From a virus (taxonomy: Duplodnaviria > Caudoviricetes): a stretch of 52,047 bases of DNA. Below are positions 25,045 through 34,529 of this stretch, in pieces; within the stretch, counting starts at the first letter, position 1, and the number at the start of each line of letters is the position of its first letter. The notes beneath the pieces were generated by a model. It was not told where the DNA came from. It worked only from the letters and a program-made list of their open reading frames with translations, and ran no database searches. The stretch spans positions 1 through 52,047 of IMG/VR virus record IMGVR_UViG_3300042475_001650; one strand, 5' to 3'. Both the position numbers and the translations under genes were made by a program.

Positions 25045-25822
25045 GGACATTGTCGTTAAACCGATCTCGGCAAAGGCCGCGAATGAGGTCGTGAAGTCGG
25101 TGCACTACAGCGGCAAGATCGTCCCAAATAGCACGCTCCACTTTGGAGTTTTCCTCGGAGCTCGCCTCGAGGGCGTGATGTCGTTTGGCCCGTCAATGGA
25201 CAAACGCAAAAGCTTGGCCTTCGTCGAGGGGACGCAATGGAACGGATTTCTTGAGCTGAACCGCATGGCGTTTTCGGAAGCTCTGCCAAAGAACAGCGAG
25301 AGCCGTGCGTTGGGTGTCGCCTTGAGGCTAATCAGAAAGCACTATCCGCATATCGAGTGGGTCGTGTCATATGCCGACGGAGCCCAATGCGGAGATGGGA
25401 CTATCTATCGCGCAAGCGGTTTCCTTCTTACGAGCATCAAGAAAAACACCAGCATGCTCCGATTTCCGGACGGCGAGGTCTACGCGACGCTTTCTATCAC
25501 CAACGGATCTAGCGCCGTCAAAAAGAGGCTTTGCGAAAAATGGGGTTTGCCGCTCTACGGAGCCGCAAGTGTCGCGCCCTTTAAAAAGATCGGCGCGGAA
25601 TTGATACCGGGCTTCCAGCTCCGTTATATCTATTTTCTAAACCCAGAAGCGCGCCAGCGCCTCACCGTGCCGGTCCTGCCTTTCAGCAAGATTGACGAGA
25701 TGGGCGCTGGTATGTATCGTGGCAAAACGCGTGTGAAGCAGGCATCCACCGAGGTCCACTCGGAAGGGCGACGGGGCGGCACCGATCCACACGCTCCAAT
25801 CTCCGAGGGTCAGCCGTTGTGA
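25031..25822 (+). CDS. Mom-family (GNAT-fold) adenine modification enzyme
   Basis: HYSGK, LELNRMAF, KNSESRA, VVSYAD, GTIYRASGF. Confidence 0.8.
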   Translation: MVSAKDIVVKPISAKAANEVVKSVHYSGKIVPNSTLHFGVFLGARLEGVMSFGPSMDKRKSLAFVEGTQWNGFLELNRMAFSEALPKNSESRALGVALRLIRKHYPHIEWVVSYADGAQCGDGTIYRASGFLLTSIKKNTSMLRFPDGEVYATLSITNGSSAVKKRLCEKWGLPLYGAASVAPFKKIGAELIPGFQLRYIYFLNPEARQRLTVPVLPFSKIDEMGAGMYRGKTRVKQASTEVHSEGRRGGTDPHAPISEGQPL

Positions 25823-26136
25823 AGCAGATGACCCATCCCGAGCTTTCTAAACTTGATCGCCAGAGTTTCGCCGAGGCCGGGGTCAATCCGGCCGTCCCAA
25901 GCGGCGCAAAAGTCGTCGAGCTCGTTTCCAAACTCAATCGGACCATCGCATTTTTTGCGGGTCAGATCCCCTTCCGCAAACTCGACAATCTCAAGAGTTT
26001 CGGGGTTGCACCAAACCCCGAAGTAGGAGGCGTCCTGGTTGGTATCAACCTGCGCCCAGCCGAGCGCGTAAGCGCACTCGCCAAAGTCAAAGTCATACCG
26101 TGTGGCGTCGGGCAAAAAGTCCGTGTCAACGATCAT
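25810..26136 (-). CDS. Hypothetical protein (opposite-strand insert)
   Basis: GAGGA SD; RYDFDF..GWAQVDT.QDASYFGVW.NP..FAEGD. Confidence 0.75.
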   Translation of the reverse strand: MIVDTDFLPDATRYDFDFGECAYALGWAQVDTNQDASYFGVWCNPETLEIVEFAEGDLTRKKCDGPIEFGNELDDFCAAWDGRIDPGLGETLAIKFRKLGMGHLLHNG

Positions 26137-26148
26137 CTTCTATCCTCC

Positions 26149-26358
26149 TCAAGCGTTGGTAATGTGGGCGGTCATGCCCGCGCCGGTCACGGCGTAAACC
26201 ATCGTGCGGCCGTCGCCGAAAGTTGCGGCGTGGCCGAGGGCTTCGTCGTAGGTGGCAAAGTCGGCCCGGATCCGGCTTGCGCCGCGACCGCGAACGGCCG
26301 TGAAAGAAACCGCATCGCGCAGGCATTTTGCTTCGTAGTCGTTCAGCTTCGGGCTCAT
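26149..26358 (-). CDS. Hypothetical protein (opposite-strand insert)
   Basis: GGAGG SD. Confidence 0.7.
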   Translation of the reverse strand: MSPKLNDYEAKCLRDAVSFTAVRGRGASRIRADFATYDEALGHAATFGDGRTMVYAVTGAGMTAHITNA

Positions 26359-26450
26359 CGTTTCCTCCGTGTTTCGCCTGTCTTGTGTCTACCGGACCCG
26401 TGGGGCGTGGGAAGCAAAAACGTCATGAAATGTCGCAAAATGAGGGCCGC

Positions 26451-26906
26451 ATGAAACCGCCTCGCAAGAAAACCGGACCCAAGGGACCGAGCAAGCCGAT
26501 GACCGCAAAGGAGCTCGGCCAGCTCGTTGCGATGATCAGGATCCATTGCACCCGCGACGAGATCTGCGACGTTTTGGGGATGAGCGACACCACGCTAAAC
26601 CGCCGGATCGCCGAGCAAGGCATCCCCGGCGTCGAAAATTTTGAAGCCCTCTATCAAAAGCACGCCGCCACCGGCAAAGCCTCCCTGCGCCGGATGCAGT
26701 GGAAAGCGGCCGAGGAAGGCAACGTCACGGCGCTGATTTGGCTGGGCAAGCAGGTGCTGGGCCAAAGCGATCAGATCAAGCAGCAGCTCAACGTGGCTGC
26801 GCGCGTCGAGACAATCGACTATACTAGGCTCTCAACCGAGGCCCTCCTCGAACTCTCAACCGCGATGGCAAATGCAGCTCCCGAGGATAACGACAGCGGA
26901 TCGTGA
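26451..26906 (+). CDS. terS: Terminase small subunit
   Basis: HTH; GKASLRRMQWKAA..GNVTALIWLGKQVLGQ; precedes terL. Confidence 0.82.
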   Translation: MKPPRKKTGPKGPSKPMTAKELGQLVAMIRIHCTRDEICDVLGMSDTTLNRRIAEQGIPGVENFEALYQKHAATGKASLRRMQWKAAEEGNVTALIWLGKQVLGQSDQIKQQLNVAARVETIDYTRLSTEALLELSTAMANAAPEDNDSGS

Positions 26907-28338
26907 CTTGATCGACGCCGAGCTATGCCGTCGCTCGGTGCTTCACTTTGCGCGGACTTTCTGGCCGGTGCTCGAGCCCGGTCGCAGGCTCGTGACCGGC
27001 TGGCCGATCGAGGCGATCGCAGAGCACCTCGAGGCCGTTACGCGCGGCGAGATCCGGAAGCTCCTGATCACGGTCCCTCCGGGCTCGATGAAGTCGCTGA
27101 TGACCCGCGCCTTCTGGCCAACGTGGAGTTGGATCTCGAACCCATCGCTTCGGTATATCGGCGCGTCCTATGCCGAGGCTCTGGCCGCGCGAGATAACCG
27201 CCGGGCAAAAATGATCGTCGAGAGCGACCGATATCGCCGCCTCTTTCCGCAGGTGCAGCTCTCAAGCGATCAGGCGCAGAAGGTGAACTTCGCAAACACC
27301 GAGACCGGGTCGATGATGGCGACGTCCGTGAAGGGCCGAGCCACCGGCGAACGGGGTGACGTTTTCGTGATCGACGATCCGCACAACGTCCTCGAGGCCG
27401 AGAGCGAGGCGATCCGGGGCGAGACGCTGCAATGGTTCCGCGAGGTCGTCCCGAGCCGCGTGAACGATCTCGATCGCAGCGCCTTCGTTTGCATTATGCA
27501 GCGCGTGCATCACGAGGATGTCGCCGCCGCGGCGATCGAGCAGGGCTACGAGCACCTCTTGATCCCGATGCACTACGACGCCTTGCGATCTCGCACGACA
27601 TCGATCGGCTGGACGGACCCGCGCCGCGAGGAAGGCGAGCTGATGTGGCCGGAGCGGTTCTCGCAGAGGGCCGTCGATGATCTCGTTAAAACGCTCGGTC
27701 CTTATGCGTCCTCGGCCCAGCTCGAGCAGCGACCAACGCCGCGCGAAGGTGGCCTTTTCAAGGCAGATCGGATCCACAAAATCGCGGCCGTCCCGGACGA
27801 AGAAATCGTCTGGTGCCGCGCGTGGGATTTGGCCGCGACGGACGGCGGCGGCGCATATACCGCCGGGATCCTCGTCGGCTGGCGCGTCGAGGCGCAGCGC
27901 GTCATTATCGCGGACGTGAAACGCGCTCGGCTTGGCCCGGAGGGCGTTCGCAAACTGGTCGCGGACACCGCCGACTTCGATGGCGCGGCCGTTCCTATTT
28001 CTTTGCCGCAAGATCCGGGACAGGCAGGCAAGGTGCAGGCTCGTGACTTCACAGTGCGGCTTGCAGGCTATCGCGTGCGGATCGAACCGCAGAGCGGATC
28101 GAAGGAAACGCGAGCCGAGCCGCTGGCCGCCCAGGTCGAAGCTGGGAACGTCGATATCGTCGAAGCCGATTGGAACCGCGACTTCATCGAGGAGCTTCGA
28201 CATTTCCCCAAGGGCGTGTATAAGGATCAAGCAGACGCTGCGAGCTCGGGGTTTAATGCCGTCGCGCCGAAGCGGCAGAAGAAGTCCGGTCTTTTCGCGA
28301 TCGGCGATCATGTGGGCAATAAAGCGAGGCCGCTCTGA
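26872..28338 (+). CDS. terL: Terminase large subunit
   Basis: VPPGSMKS Walker A, VIDDPH Walker B, IMQR, AWDLA, DQADA. Confidence 0.95.
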   Translation: MQLPRITTADRDLIDAELCRRSVLHFARTFWPVLEPGRRLVTGWPIEAIAEHLEAVTRGEIRKLLITVPPGSMKSLMTRAFWPTWSWISNPSLRYIGASYAEALAARDNRRAKMIVESDRYRRLFPQVQLSSDQAQKVNFANTETGSMMATSVKGRATGERGDVFVIDDPHNVLEAESEAIRGETLQWFREVVPSRVNDLDRSAFVCIMQRVHHEDVAAAAIEQGYEHLLIPMHYDALRSRTTSIGWTDPRREEGELMWPERFSQRAVDDLVKTLGPYASSAQLEQRPTPREGGLFKADRIHKIAAVPDEEIVWCRAWDLAATDGGGAYTAGILVGWRVEAQRVIIADVKRARLGPEGVRKLVADTADFDGAAVPISLPQDPGQAGKVQARDFTVRLAGYRVRIEPQSGSKETRAEPLAAQVEAGNVDIVEADWNRDFIEELRHFPKGVYKDQADAASSGFNAVAPKRQKKSGLFAIGDHVGNKARPL

Positions 28339-29699
28339 TGGCAAAAGCACCAACGAAGGCAACGGCGACGCGCGAGCTGGGAGCGGCTGGCAACTATGGC
28401 CGGGACGACCAGCTCCGGCCGGACGAGTTCCTCCCGAAGCTGCGCGGGATCAACGCGACGCGGACGTTCCGGGAGATGAAGGACAACGACCCGATCATCG
28501 GCGCGATCCTCATGGCCTTCGAGATGCTCCTGCGCGCGGCGGAGTTCAGGATCGACGCATCCAACGACAGCCCGGAGGCCGAGGAGGCGAAGGTCTTTGT
28601 CGAGCAATGCTTCGCGGACATGGAAGGAACAGTCGACGACTTCCTCGCCGAGGTTCTGACGTTCCTTCCGTTTGGCTTCTCGGTTTTCGAGGTGGTCTAC
28701 AAGACCAGATCCGGGCGCAACACCGACGACCCGGCGCGCTATTCGCAGTTTGATGATGGACGCTACGGGATCCGCAAGCTGGCGCCGCGTGCCCAGTGGA
28801 CGATCGACCGCTTCCTGACCGACGAGAACGGGACGATCACCGGCGTGCGGCAGACCGCCCTTTCGCTCAAGCTCGGATCGGTCGACATCCCTGCCTCGAA
28901 GATGCTGCACTTCCGCACCTCGACTGTGAACAACGACCCGAGCGGACGCTCGCTTCTTCGCAACGCCTTCACCTCCTACCACTACTCCTCGCATATTCAG
29001 ATGATCGAGGCGATCGCGGTCGAGCGCGAGATGAACGGTATCCCGATCGGAAAGATCCCGTCCGAATACCTTGGCGAAAGCGCAAGCGGCGCACAGCAGG
29101 GCTTTACCAACGCCTTCAAAAAGATCCTGCGCGACGTCAAGTTTAACGATCAGGGTTTCATCCTGATCCCGAGCGACGTCTACGAGAACGACGACGGCAC
29201 CAAGACCTCAATTCCGATGGTCGAGTTCGACCTCATCAGCGCCAAGGGAACTCGCTCGATCCCGACGGGCGAGGTGATCCTCCGGCATCAAGAGAATATC
29301 GCCCGGTCGGTGCTGGCCGACTTCCTGATGCTTGGCAGCGGCAAAACCGGATCCTTCGCGCTATCGAAAAGCAAGACGGACCTTTTCCTGAAGGCAGCGA
29401 GCGGATTTACGGAGGCGATCGCCGCCGTGCTAAACCGACAGCTCTTGCCTCGGCTTTGGGAGATCAACGGCTTCGACCCGGATGCTATGCCGACGATTGC
29501 CTTTGGCGAGATCGCGCCGGTCGATCTGGCCGAGCTGGGCGCGTTCGTCCGCGACATCGCAGGCGCAGGTATGCCGCTGTTCCCGGACGACGACACCGAG
29601 AACACTCTCCGGCGCGCCGCCGGGTTCCCGGAAAAGAGCGTCGACCCAGATCTTCTGGGTGGGCAGGTTCAACCGATCGACGAGGGGGTCGAAGAATGA
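28338..29699 (+). CDS. Portal protein
   Basis: 453 aa after terL; GFSVFEVVY, NDPSGRSLLR, GSFALS, LNRQL. Confidence 0.9.
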   Translation: MAKAPTKATATRELGAAGNYGRDDQLRPDEFLPKLRGINATRTFREMKDNDPIIGAILMAFEMLLRAAEFRIDASNDSPEAEEAKVFVEQCFADMEGTVDDFLAEVLTFLPFGFSVFEVVYKTRSGRNTDDPARYSQFDDGRYGIRKLAPRAQWTIDRFLTDENGTITGVRQTALSLKLGSVDIPASKMLHFRTSTVNNDPSGRSLLRNAFTSYHYSSHIQMIEAIAVEREMNGIPIGKIPSEYLGESASGAQQGFTNAFKKILRDVKFNDQGFILIPSDVYENDDGTKTSIPMVEFDLISAKGTRSIPTGEVILRHQENIARSVLADFLMLGSGKTGSFALSKSKTDLFLKAASGFTEAIAAVLNRQLLPRLWEINGFDPDAMPTIAFGEIAPVDLAELGAFVRDIAGAGMPLFPDDDTENTLRRAAGFPEKSVDPDLLGGQVQPIDEGVEE

Positions 29700-30079
29700 G
29701 GTTTCAAGTCTATCCCAAAGGTATCTGGATCGAGATCGAGGACTTCAACGTCCAAGCGATCGAGACCTCGATGTCGGGCGAGACGATGATCGTGCACGCG
29801 CCGGGCTTGCAGTTCCCGGTTCTGAACGGCGTCGAGTTCATCGAGAGCGACGCCTTCGCGCGCGACTTCGTCGAGATGAGCCCGCAGCGGTGGATCCGCG
29901 TTTCGGCCGTGCGGTCGATCCAGCGCGTTGGGGACGACTACGTCCGGGTCACGCTCGATGGCGTGCGACAGTTCTTTGACCTGTTTCCGGGCGACGCCTC
30001 GCTCAAGCAGGTCTACAAGGAGTTTCAGAACAAGCTCCCCGGCGCGCCGTCGTTCCTCTCGCTCGAGGTCGCCGCATGA
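29696..30079 (+). CDS. Hypothetical beta-rich protein, possible LytTR-like fold
   Basis: ATGA overlaps at both ends; pattern similarity only. Confidence 0.55.
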   Translation: MRFQVYPKGIWIEIEDFNVQAIETSMSGETMIVHAPGLQFPVLNGVEFIESDAFARDFVEMSPQRWIRVSAVRSIQRVGDDYVRVTLDGVRQFFDLFPGDASLKQVYKEFQNKLPGAPSFLSLEVAA

Positions 30080-31137
30080 ACGCCGTGCTCCGCAAGATGA
30101 CCGCCTCGGATGCGGTGGCCGTCTTTTTGCGGGCTGCGGAGAAGATGGAGCCGCGAATTGCTCGCGCCTTCATCGCGGCGATCGAAGCGATCCGAACTCG
30201 CATCCCGGCCGAGAACCTCGCGAGGATGATCGAACGTCGCGATTTCACGTCGCTCGAAAACGCCTTTTCCGCGTTCTTCACATCGGAGGAGTGGGCGCAA
30301 TATCGGGCGGCGATCGAGCAGGCTGTTCTCGAGGGCGTGCGTGCGACAAGCGAGACCCAAGGAATAATCAACGGCGCGCAGGAAGATTTCCAGATCGCCG
30401 TTGGCCTAAACCCTCGCCTCTCGCAATTCGCGGTGACGATGACTTCGACGCGCATCCGCGAGATCGACCAAAGCATCCGAGACACGGTGCGCCAAGTCTT
30501 GCAAACCGGCCTGACCGACGGCGACGACCCGTTTGCGATTGCTCGCCGCGTTCGAAACAGCGTTGGCCTCACGCGCAGGCAGGAGGCGGCGGTCTCGAAC
30601 TATGAGCGGATGCTGCGCGCCCTTGATCCAGAGGCGCTCGATCGCAGACTGCGCGATCGGCGCAGCGACGGCACCGTCGAGCGCGCGATCCGCAACGACA
30701 AGTTGCTCACCGAGGCGCAGATCCGATCGCTCGTCGATCGGTATCGGGACCGTTACGTCAAATACCGGGCGAACGTCATCTCCCGGACCGAGAGCATCCG
30801 CGCCGTGCAAGGGGCGCAATGGGAGCTCTTTCAGGACATGATCAACAAAGGCCAGATCGACGCGCGGCAGGTGCGGCGGACTTGGATCAACACAGGCGAC
30901 GATCATGTCCGCAACTCGCACGTCGAGATCCCGCTCCTGAACCCGCGCGGCGTCGGGCAGAGCGAGACCTTCACCAGCCCGCTTGGGCCGATCCTCTATC
31001 CGGGCGACCCGAGCGCGACGGCTGCAAATACGATACAGTGCCGGTGCGCGGTGTTCTCGCGCATCATCGACCGCAGCCTGCTCCCGGCTTCTCTGGGCGC
31101 GCAAATACCGCAAGGGAAGCCGAGGAAAAACCAATGA
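30076..31137 (+). CDS. Minor head protein (Mu gpF / SPP1 gp7-like)
   Basis: RANVISRTE, WINTGDDHVRNSH, YPGDP, IQCRC. Confidence 0.88.
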   Translation: MNAVLRKMTASDAVAVFLRAAEKMEPRIARAFIAAIEAIRTRIPAENLARMIERRDFTSLENAFSAFFTSEEWAQYRAAIEQAVLEGVRATSETQGIINGAQEDFQIAVGLNPRLSQFAVTMTSTRIREIDQSIRDTVRQVLQTGLTDGDDPFAIARRVRNSVGLTRRQEAAVSNYERMLRALDPEALDRRLRDRRSDGTVERAIRNDKLLTEAQIRSLVDRYRDRYVKYRANVISRTESIRAVQGAQWELFQDMINKGQIDARQVRRTWINTGDDHVRNSHVEIPLLNPRGVGQSETFTSPLGPILYPGDPSATAANTIQCRCAVFSRIIDRSLLPASLGAQIPQGKPRKNQ

Positions 31138-31952
31138 CGACAGTCGGTTACACCAAGACGCTCAAGCCGGTGCGAGATTGGTCGCAACGGATCTGGCGGC
31201 TCCTGTTCGATCAGCAGCTCGAGATCACGCGCGGGCGCGTCGACGGGGCTTATCCGGTCGTCCTCGACGGCCATCTGGTGACCTCGGGCGCGGCGACCAA
31301 CGTCCTGATCCTCGAGGGCTCGACGATCAAGGATCCGTCCGTCGCACCGGCGGCGGGCTTGCAGATGTCGATCGTCTCGACCAGCGCGCAGGACGGGGTC
31401 AACGGGACAGGCGTCCGCTCGATCGTCCTGAACTACCTCGACGCGGATCTGATGCCGCACAGCGAGACGATCACGCTCAACGGCACGACGCCGGTCCTCA
31501 CGACCGCGACGAATATTAGGTGGGTCGGCGAGATCCACCTCCTGACCTACGGATCCGGAAAGGCGTTCGCCGGGGATCTGGCCGTGACGAACGGGGGCAC
31601 GCGATACAAGTTCATCACCGCCGGATCTCGGACGACGCGCAGCTCCGCCTATCGCGTCCCGGCAGGCAAGCGGCTGATCGTTCACACGCTCTACGCCGGG
31701 GCGACCTCGGGAACATCGGCCGCGCGGGTGTCCGTCGACTTCGTTGCATCCCGCATCAACAACGAGAGCTTCGCGGACGTCGGGCTGCTCATCACGCAGG
31801 GGTCGATCGCGCTGCAAGACAGCTCGGTGATCCTCTCGGACGGCGCGCTCTACGCGATCCCAGCGGGCGAGATCGTCGCTCTGCGCGCCACGACGGACAA
31901 GAGCGCGATAATCACCGGAGGGATGTATGGGTGGCTCGAAGATGCAGATTGA
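31134..31952 (+). CDS. Beta-rich hypothetical (probably structural) protein
   Basis: SIVSTSAQD..GTGVRS, ETITLNGTTPV, YRVPAGK. Confidence 0.7.
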   Translation: MTTVGYTKTLKPVRDWSQRIWRLLFDQQLEITRGRVDGAYPVVLDGHLVTSGAATNVLILEGSTIKDPSVAPAAGLQMSIVSTSAQDGVNGTGVRSIVLNYLDADLMPHSETITLNGTTPVLTTATNIRWVGEIHLLTYGSGKAFAGDLAVTNGGTRYKFITAGSRTTRSSAYRVPAGKRLIVHTLYAGATSGTSAARVSVDFVASRINNESFADVGLLITQGSIALQDSSVILSDGALYAIPAGEIVALRATTDKSAIITGGMYGWLEDAD

Positions 31953-31973
31953 GCGCGCCAAAAAAGTCGGAGT

Positions 31974-32110
31974 AGAGGACAGGTTTCCCTATAGTATTCT
32001 CCTGTCCTCTCCTCACTCTGGATCTTCGGGTGGAACCCCAAGGGGAGCCCTGCTATCGCAGGGTCACCCCTCGGAGGTTCTGGCCGTTTTTGAGCCCTCC
32101 TCGTTTTTTT
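31974..32110 (+). other. Structured intergenic region (two hairpins, CU-rich tracts); terminator or sRNA
   Basis: AGAGGACAGG/CCTGTCCTCT stem; long interrupted stem 32033-32080; T-runs downstream. Confidence 0.45.
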
Positions 32111-32144
32111 GTCCTCCCGCGTCCACCATGAGAAGGATCTGACA

Positions 32145-33302
32145 ATGCCCTACGCGACGAACGACGATCTCCCGGACGCGGTGAAGCGCGTCCTGACATC
32201 GGACAAGGCGCGCTCGATCTGGCGGCGCGTCTTCAACGAGAGCATGGACAGCGGCTATCAAGAGGGCCGGGCGTTCGGCGCGGCCTATGCTGCGATCGAG
32301 AGCGCGGGCTACAAGAAGGGCGAGGACGGGGTCTACATCGAGAAGGCGCAGTATGAGGGCCGCGACGTCGAGCTCGACAAGCCCTTCCGGCTCCCGCGCG
32401 GCGCGACCAAGAAGTTCGGGGTCTACGTCAAGGACGGCGAGCGCGTGCGCCGGGTCACGTTCGGGGATCCGAAGATGGAGATCCGCCGGGACGACCCCGA
32501 AGCCCGCGCCAATTTCCGCGCGCGGCACTCATGCGACAGCGCGACCGACAAGACCTCGGCGCGGTATTGGTCCTGCAAGATGTGGGAAAGTGGCACCTCA
32601 GTATCGGAGATGACGAAGATGGAAAACATCGGCAAGCGGCAGATCTCGGACGACGTCTTCACGACGCCGATCGAGGCCGTGCAGCGCGCGCACCAGCTCG
32701 GGCTCGGGCTCGTCGCGCATATGACCGAAGGGCCGGACGGGCAGGCGTTCTACATGCCGGGCGCGACCCACGAGGCTTATCTCGAGATGGTCGGAGAGGC
32801 CGGGCTTATCATGCCGGAGAGCCTAGATCCGGAGCAGCCCGAAGTCGAGGATCCGACCGAGGATCTGATCGAGACCGTGATCGAGGCCGCGATCGGCGCG
32901 ATCCTCGAGGCGCGGGTCGAGAAGCGCGCAGCCAAGATCCTCAAAATGGACGACGAAGCGCGGATCGTCTGGGGCTGGGCTTCGGTCGTCTCGATCGACG
33001 GCAAGCCAATGGTCGACCGGCAAGGCGACATCATCTCGCCCGAGGTCATGACGAAGGCCGCAGACAATTTCATGGCCGACGTCCGCACCGCGAAAGCGAT
33101 GCACGAAGGGGGCAAGATCGGGGAGGTGATCCACTCCTTCCCGCTCACAAAGGAGCTCGGAGCAGCCCTTGGGATACATTCTGCGCTCGAGGGCTGGGTC
33201 GTAGCTATGAAAGTGCACGACGATAGTGTATGGAATAGGGTTAAGAGCGGAGAGCTCGCCGCCTTTAGCATCGGGGGCATGGGGAAAAGAAATGCCGTTT
33301 AA
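32145..33302 (+). CDS. Multi-domain prohead protease (ChaB + two small domains + XkdF-like serine protease)
   Basis: PY..NDDLPDAVK ChaB; ARIVWGWASV, DRQGD, AMH, GELAAFSIGG. Confidence 0.85.
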   Translation: MPYATNDDLPDAVKRVLTSDKARSIWRRVFNESMDSGYQEGRAFGAAYAAIESAGYKKGEDGVYIEKAQYEGRDVELDKPFRLPRGATKKFGVYVKDGERVRRVTFGDPKMEIRRDDPEARANFRARHSCDSATDKTSARYWSCKMWESGTSVSEMTKMENIGKRQISDDVFTTPIEAVQRAHQLGLGLVAHMTEGPDGQAFYMPGATHEAYLEMVGEAGLIMPESLDPEQPEVEDPTEDLIETVIEAAIGAILEARVEKRAAKILKMDDEARIVWGWASVVSIDGKPMVDRQGDIISPEVMTKAADNFMADVRTAKAMHEGGKIGEVIHSFPLTKELGAALGIHSALEGWVVAMKVHDDSVWNRVKSGELAAFSIGGMGKRNAV

Positions 33303-34128
33303 CGTCACGGACCTCGAATTGATCGAGCTCTCGCTCGTCGACGAGCCCGCCAACCCCGCAGCGCGCGTCGTCATGTTTAAGCGCGACAGCGCGCCGGACG
33401 AGATGAAAATCAAAGAATTGATCGAGGGGGGGATGTCCGAGGACGAAGCCCGCGAGCAAGTTGCGCGTATGAGGCGCAACAAGGGGGCCGGACCGACCGG
33501 CGATCTGGACAAAGGAGACAACTCGATGTCCGATCAAGAGAAGCGCCTCGAGGATCTCGAGGCCGCGAACAAGCGTCTCTCGGCTTCCGTCGAAACGCTT
33601 GCGAAGTCGCTGGAAGGCGAAGGCTTCGTCGTGCAGATCGCCGACGACGCCGTCACCGTCGAAAAGCGCAAGGCTGAAGACTACATCGAGGTCGGCGGCG
33701 AGATGGTCCTCAAGAGCGTGCTCCCTGCGAGCGTCCTCTCGGTGATCGCCAAGCAGGCCGACGAGCTGGCCGAGGTCAACAAGCGCCTCGCCGCCGAGGA
33801 GCTGACGAAGCGCGTGAGCGCCGAGATCCCGCACCTCGCAGGCGACGCAGCGACCAAGGGCGCGGTCCTCAAGGCGATCGACGCGATCGCGGACGAGGCC
33901 GTTCGCAAGGCCGCTCATGCCATGCTGAAAGGCGCGAACTCCGTCGCCTCGAAGCTGACCCGCGAGTTCGGCACCGTCGCTCCGCAAGAGACCGACGCGA
34001 TGACCGAGCTCAACAAAATGGCCGAAGACTACTCCGCCGAAAAGAAGGTCACGTTCGCCAAGGCGTTTGCCGAGGTGACCAAGACCGGACGCGGCGCGGA
34101 ACTCTTTGCCAAGCGCAACGTGCAGTAA
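33292..34128 (+). CDS. Scaffold protein with N-terminal protease-like motif
   Basis: ELSLVDEPANP then coiled coil; internal AAGGAG SD + ATG 33526. Confidence 0.75.
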   Translation: MPFNVTDLELIELSLVDEPANPAARVVMFKRDSAPDEMKIKELIEGGMSEDEAREQVARMRRNKGAGPTGDLDKGDNSMSDQEKRLEDLEAANKRLSASVETLAKSLEGEGFVVQIADDAVTVEKRKAEDYIEVGGEMVLKSVLPASVLSVIAKQADELAEVNKRLAAEELTKRVSAEIPHLAGDAATKGAVLKAIDAIADEAVRKAAHAMLKGANSVASKLTREFGTVAPQETDAMTELNKMAEDYSAEKKVTFAKAFAEVTKTGRGAELFAKRNVQ

Positions 34129-34140
34129 GGAGGCCCACAG

Positions 34141-34512
34141 ATGGCAACTCAAGACAACATGCTCTGCGTCACTCTGGAGGCCGGTGCTGACCTCTCGACG
34201 AAGCAGTTCTATTTCGTAAGCGTCGCAGCGGATGGTCAGATCGACCCCACCGGCGACGGTCTCGATGCGGACGGCGTCCTGCAAGACGCTCCCGCCGCCG
34301 CCGGGCGCGCTGCGCTCGTGGCGATCGCTGGTAAGGTCAAGGTCGTTTGCGGTGGCGTCGTCACCCGTGGCGGTCCCGTGGCCTCGGACGCGAACGGCAC
34401 CGCAGTAAACGCCGCAACCGGGGACATCATCCTCGGCGTGGCTCTTGAAACCGGCGCTTCTGGGCGGATCATCGAGATCCTGTTCCAGCCGCGCGGCGCA
34501 GTTCCAGCATAA
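34141..34512 (+). CDS. Capsid decoration/cement protein
   Basis: Small Gly/Ala-rich protein before MCP; TAAGGAGG SD. Confidence 0.75.
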   Translation: MATQDNMLCVTLEAGADLSTKQFYFVSVAADGQIDPTGDGLDADGVLQDAPAAAGRAALVAIAGKVKVVCGGVVTRGGPVASDANGTAVNAATGDIILGVALETGASGRIIEILFQPRGAVPA

Positions 34513-34529
34513 GGCAGGGGATTTAGATC

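Noticed and set aside
33270-33302. -1 frameshift fusing protease and scaffold at GGGGAAAAG
   Set aside because: The downstream ORF is in the +1 frame and has its own SD and ATG
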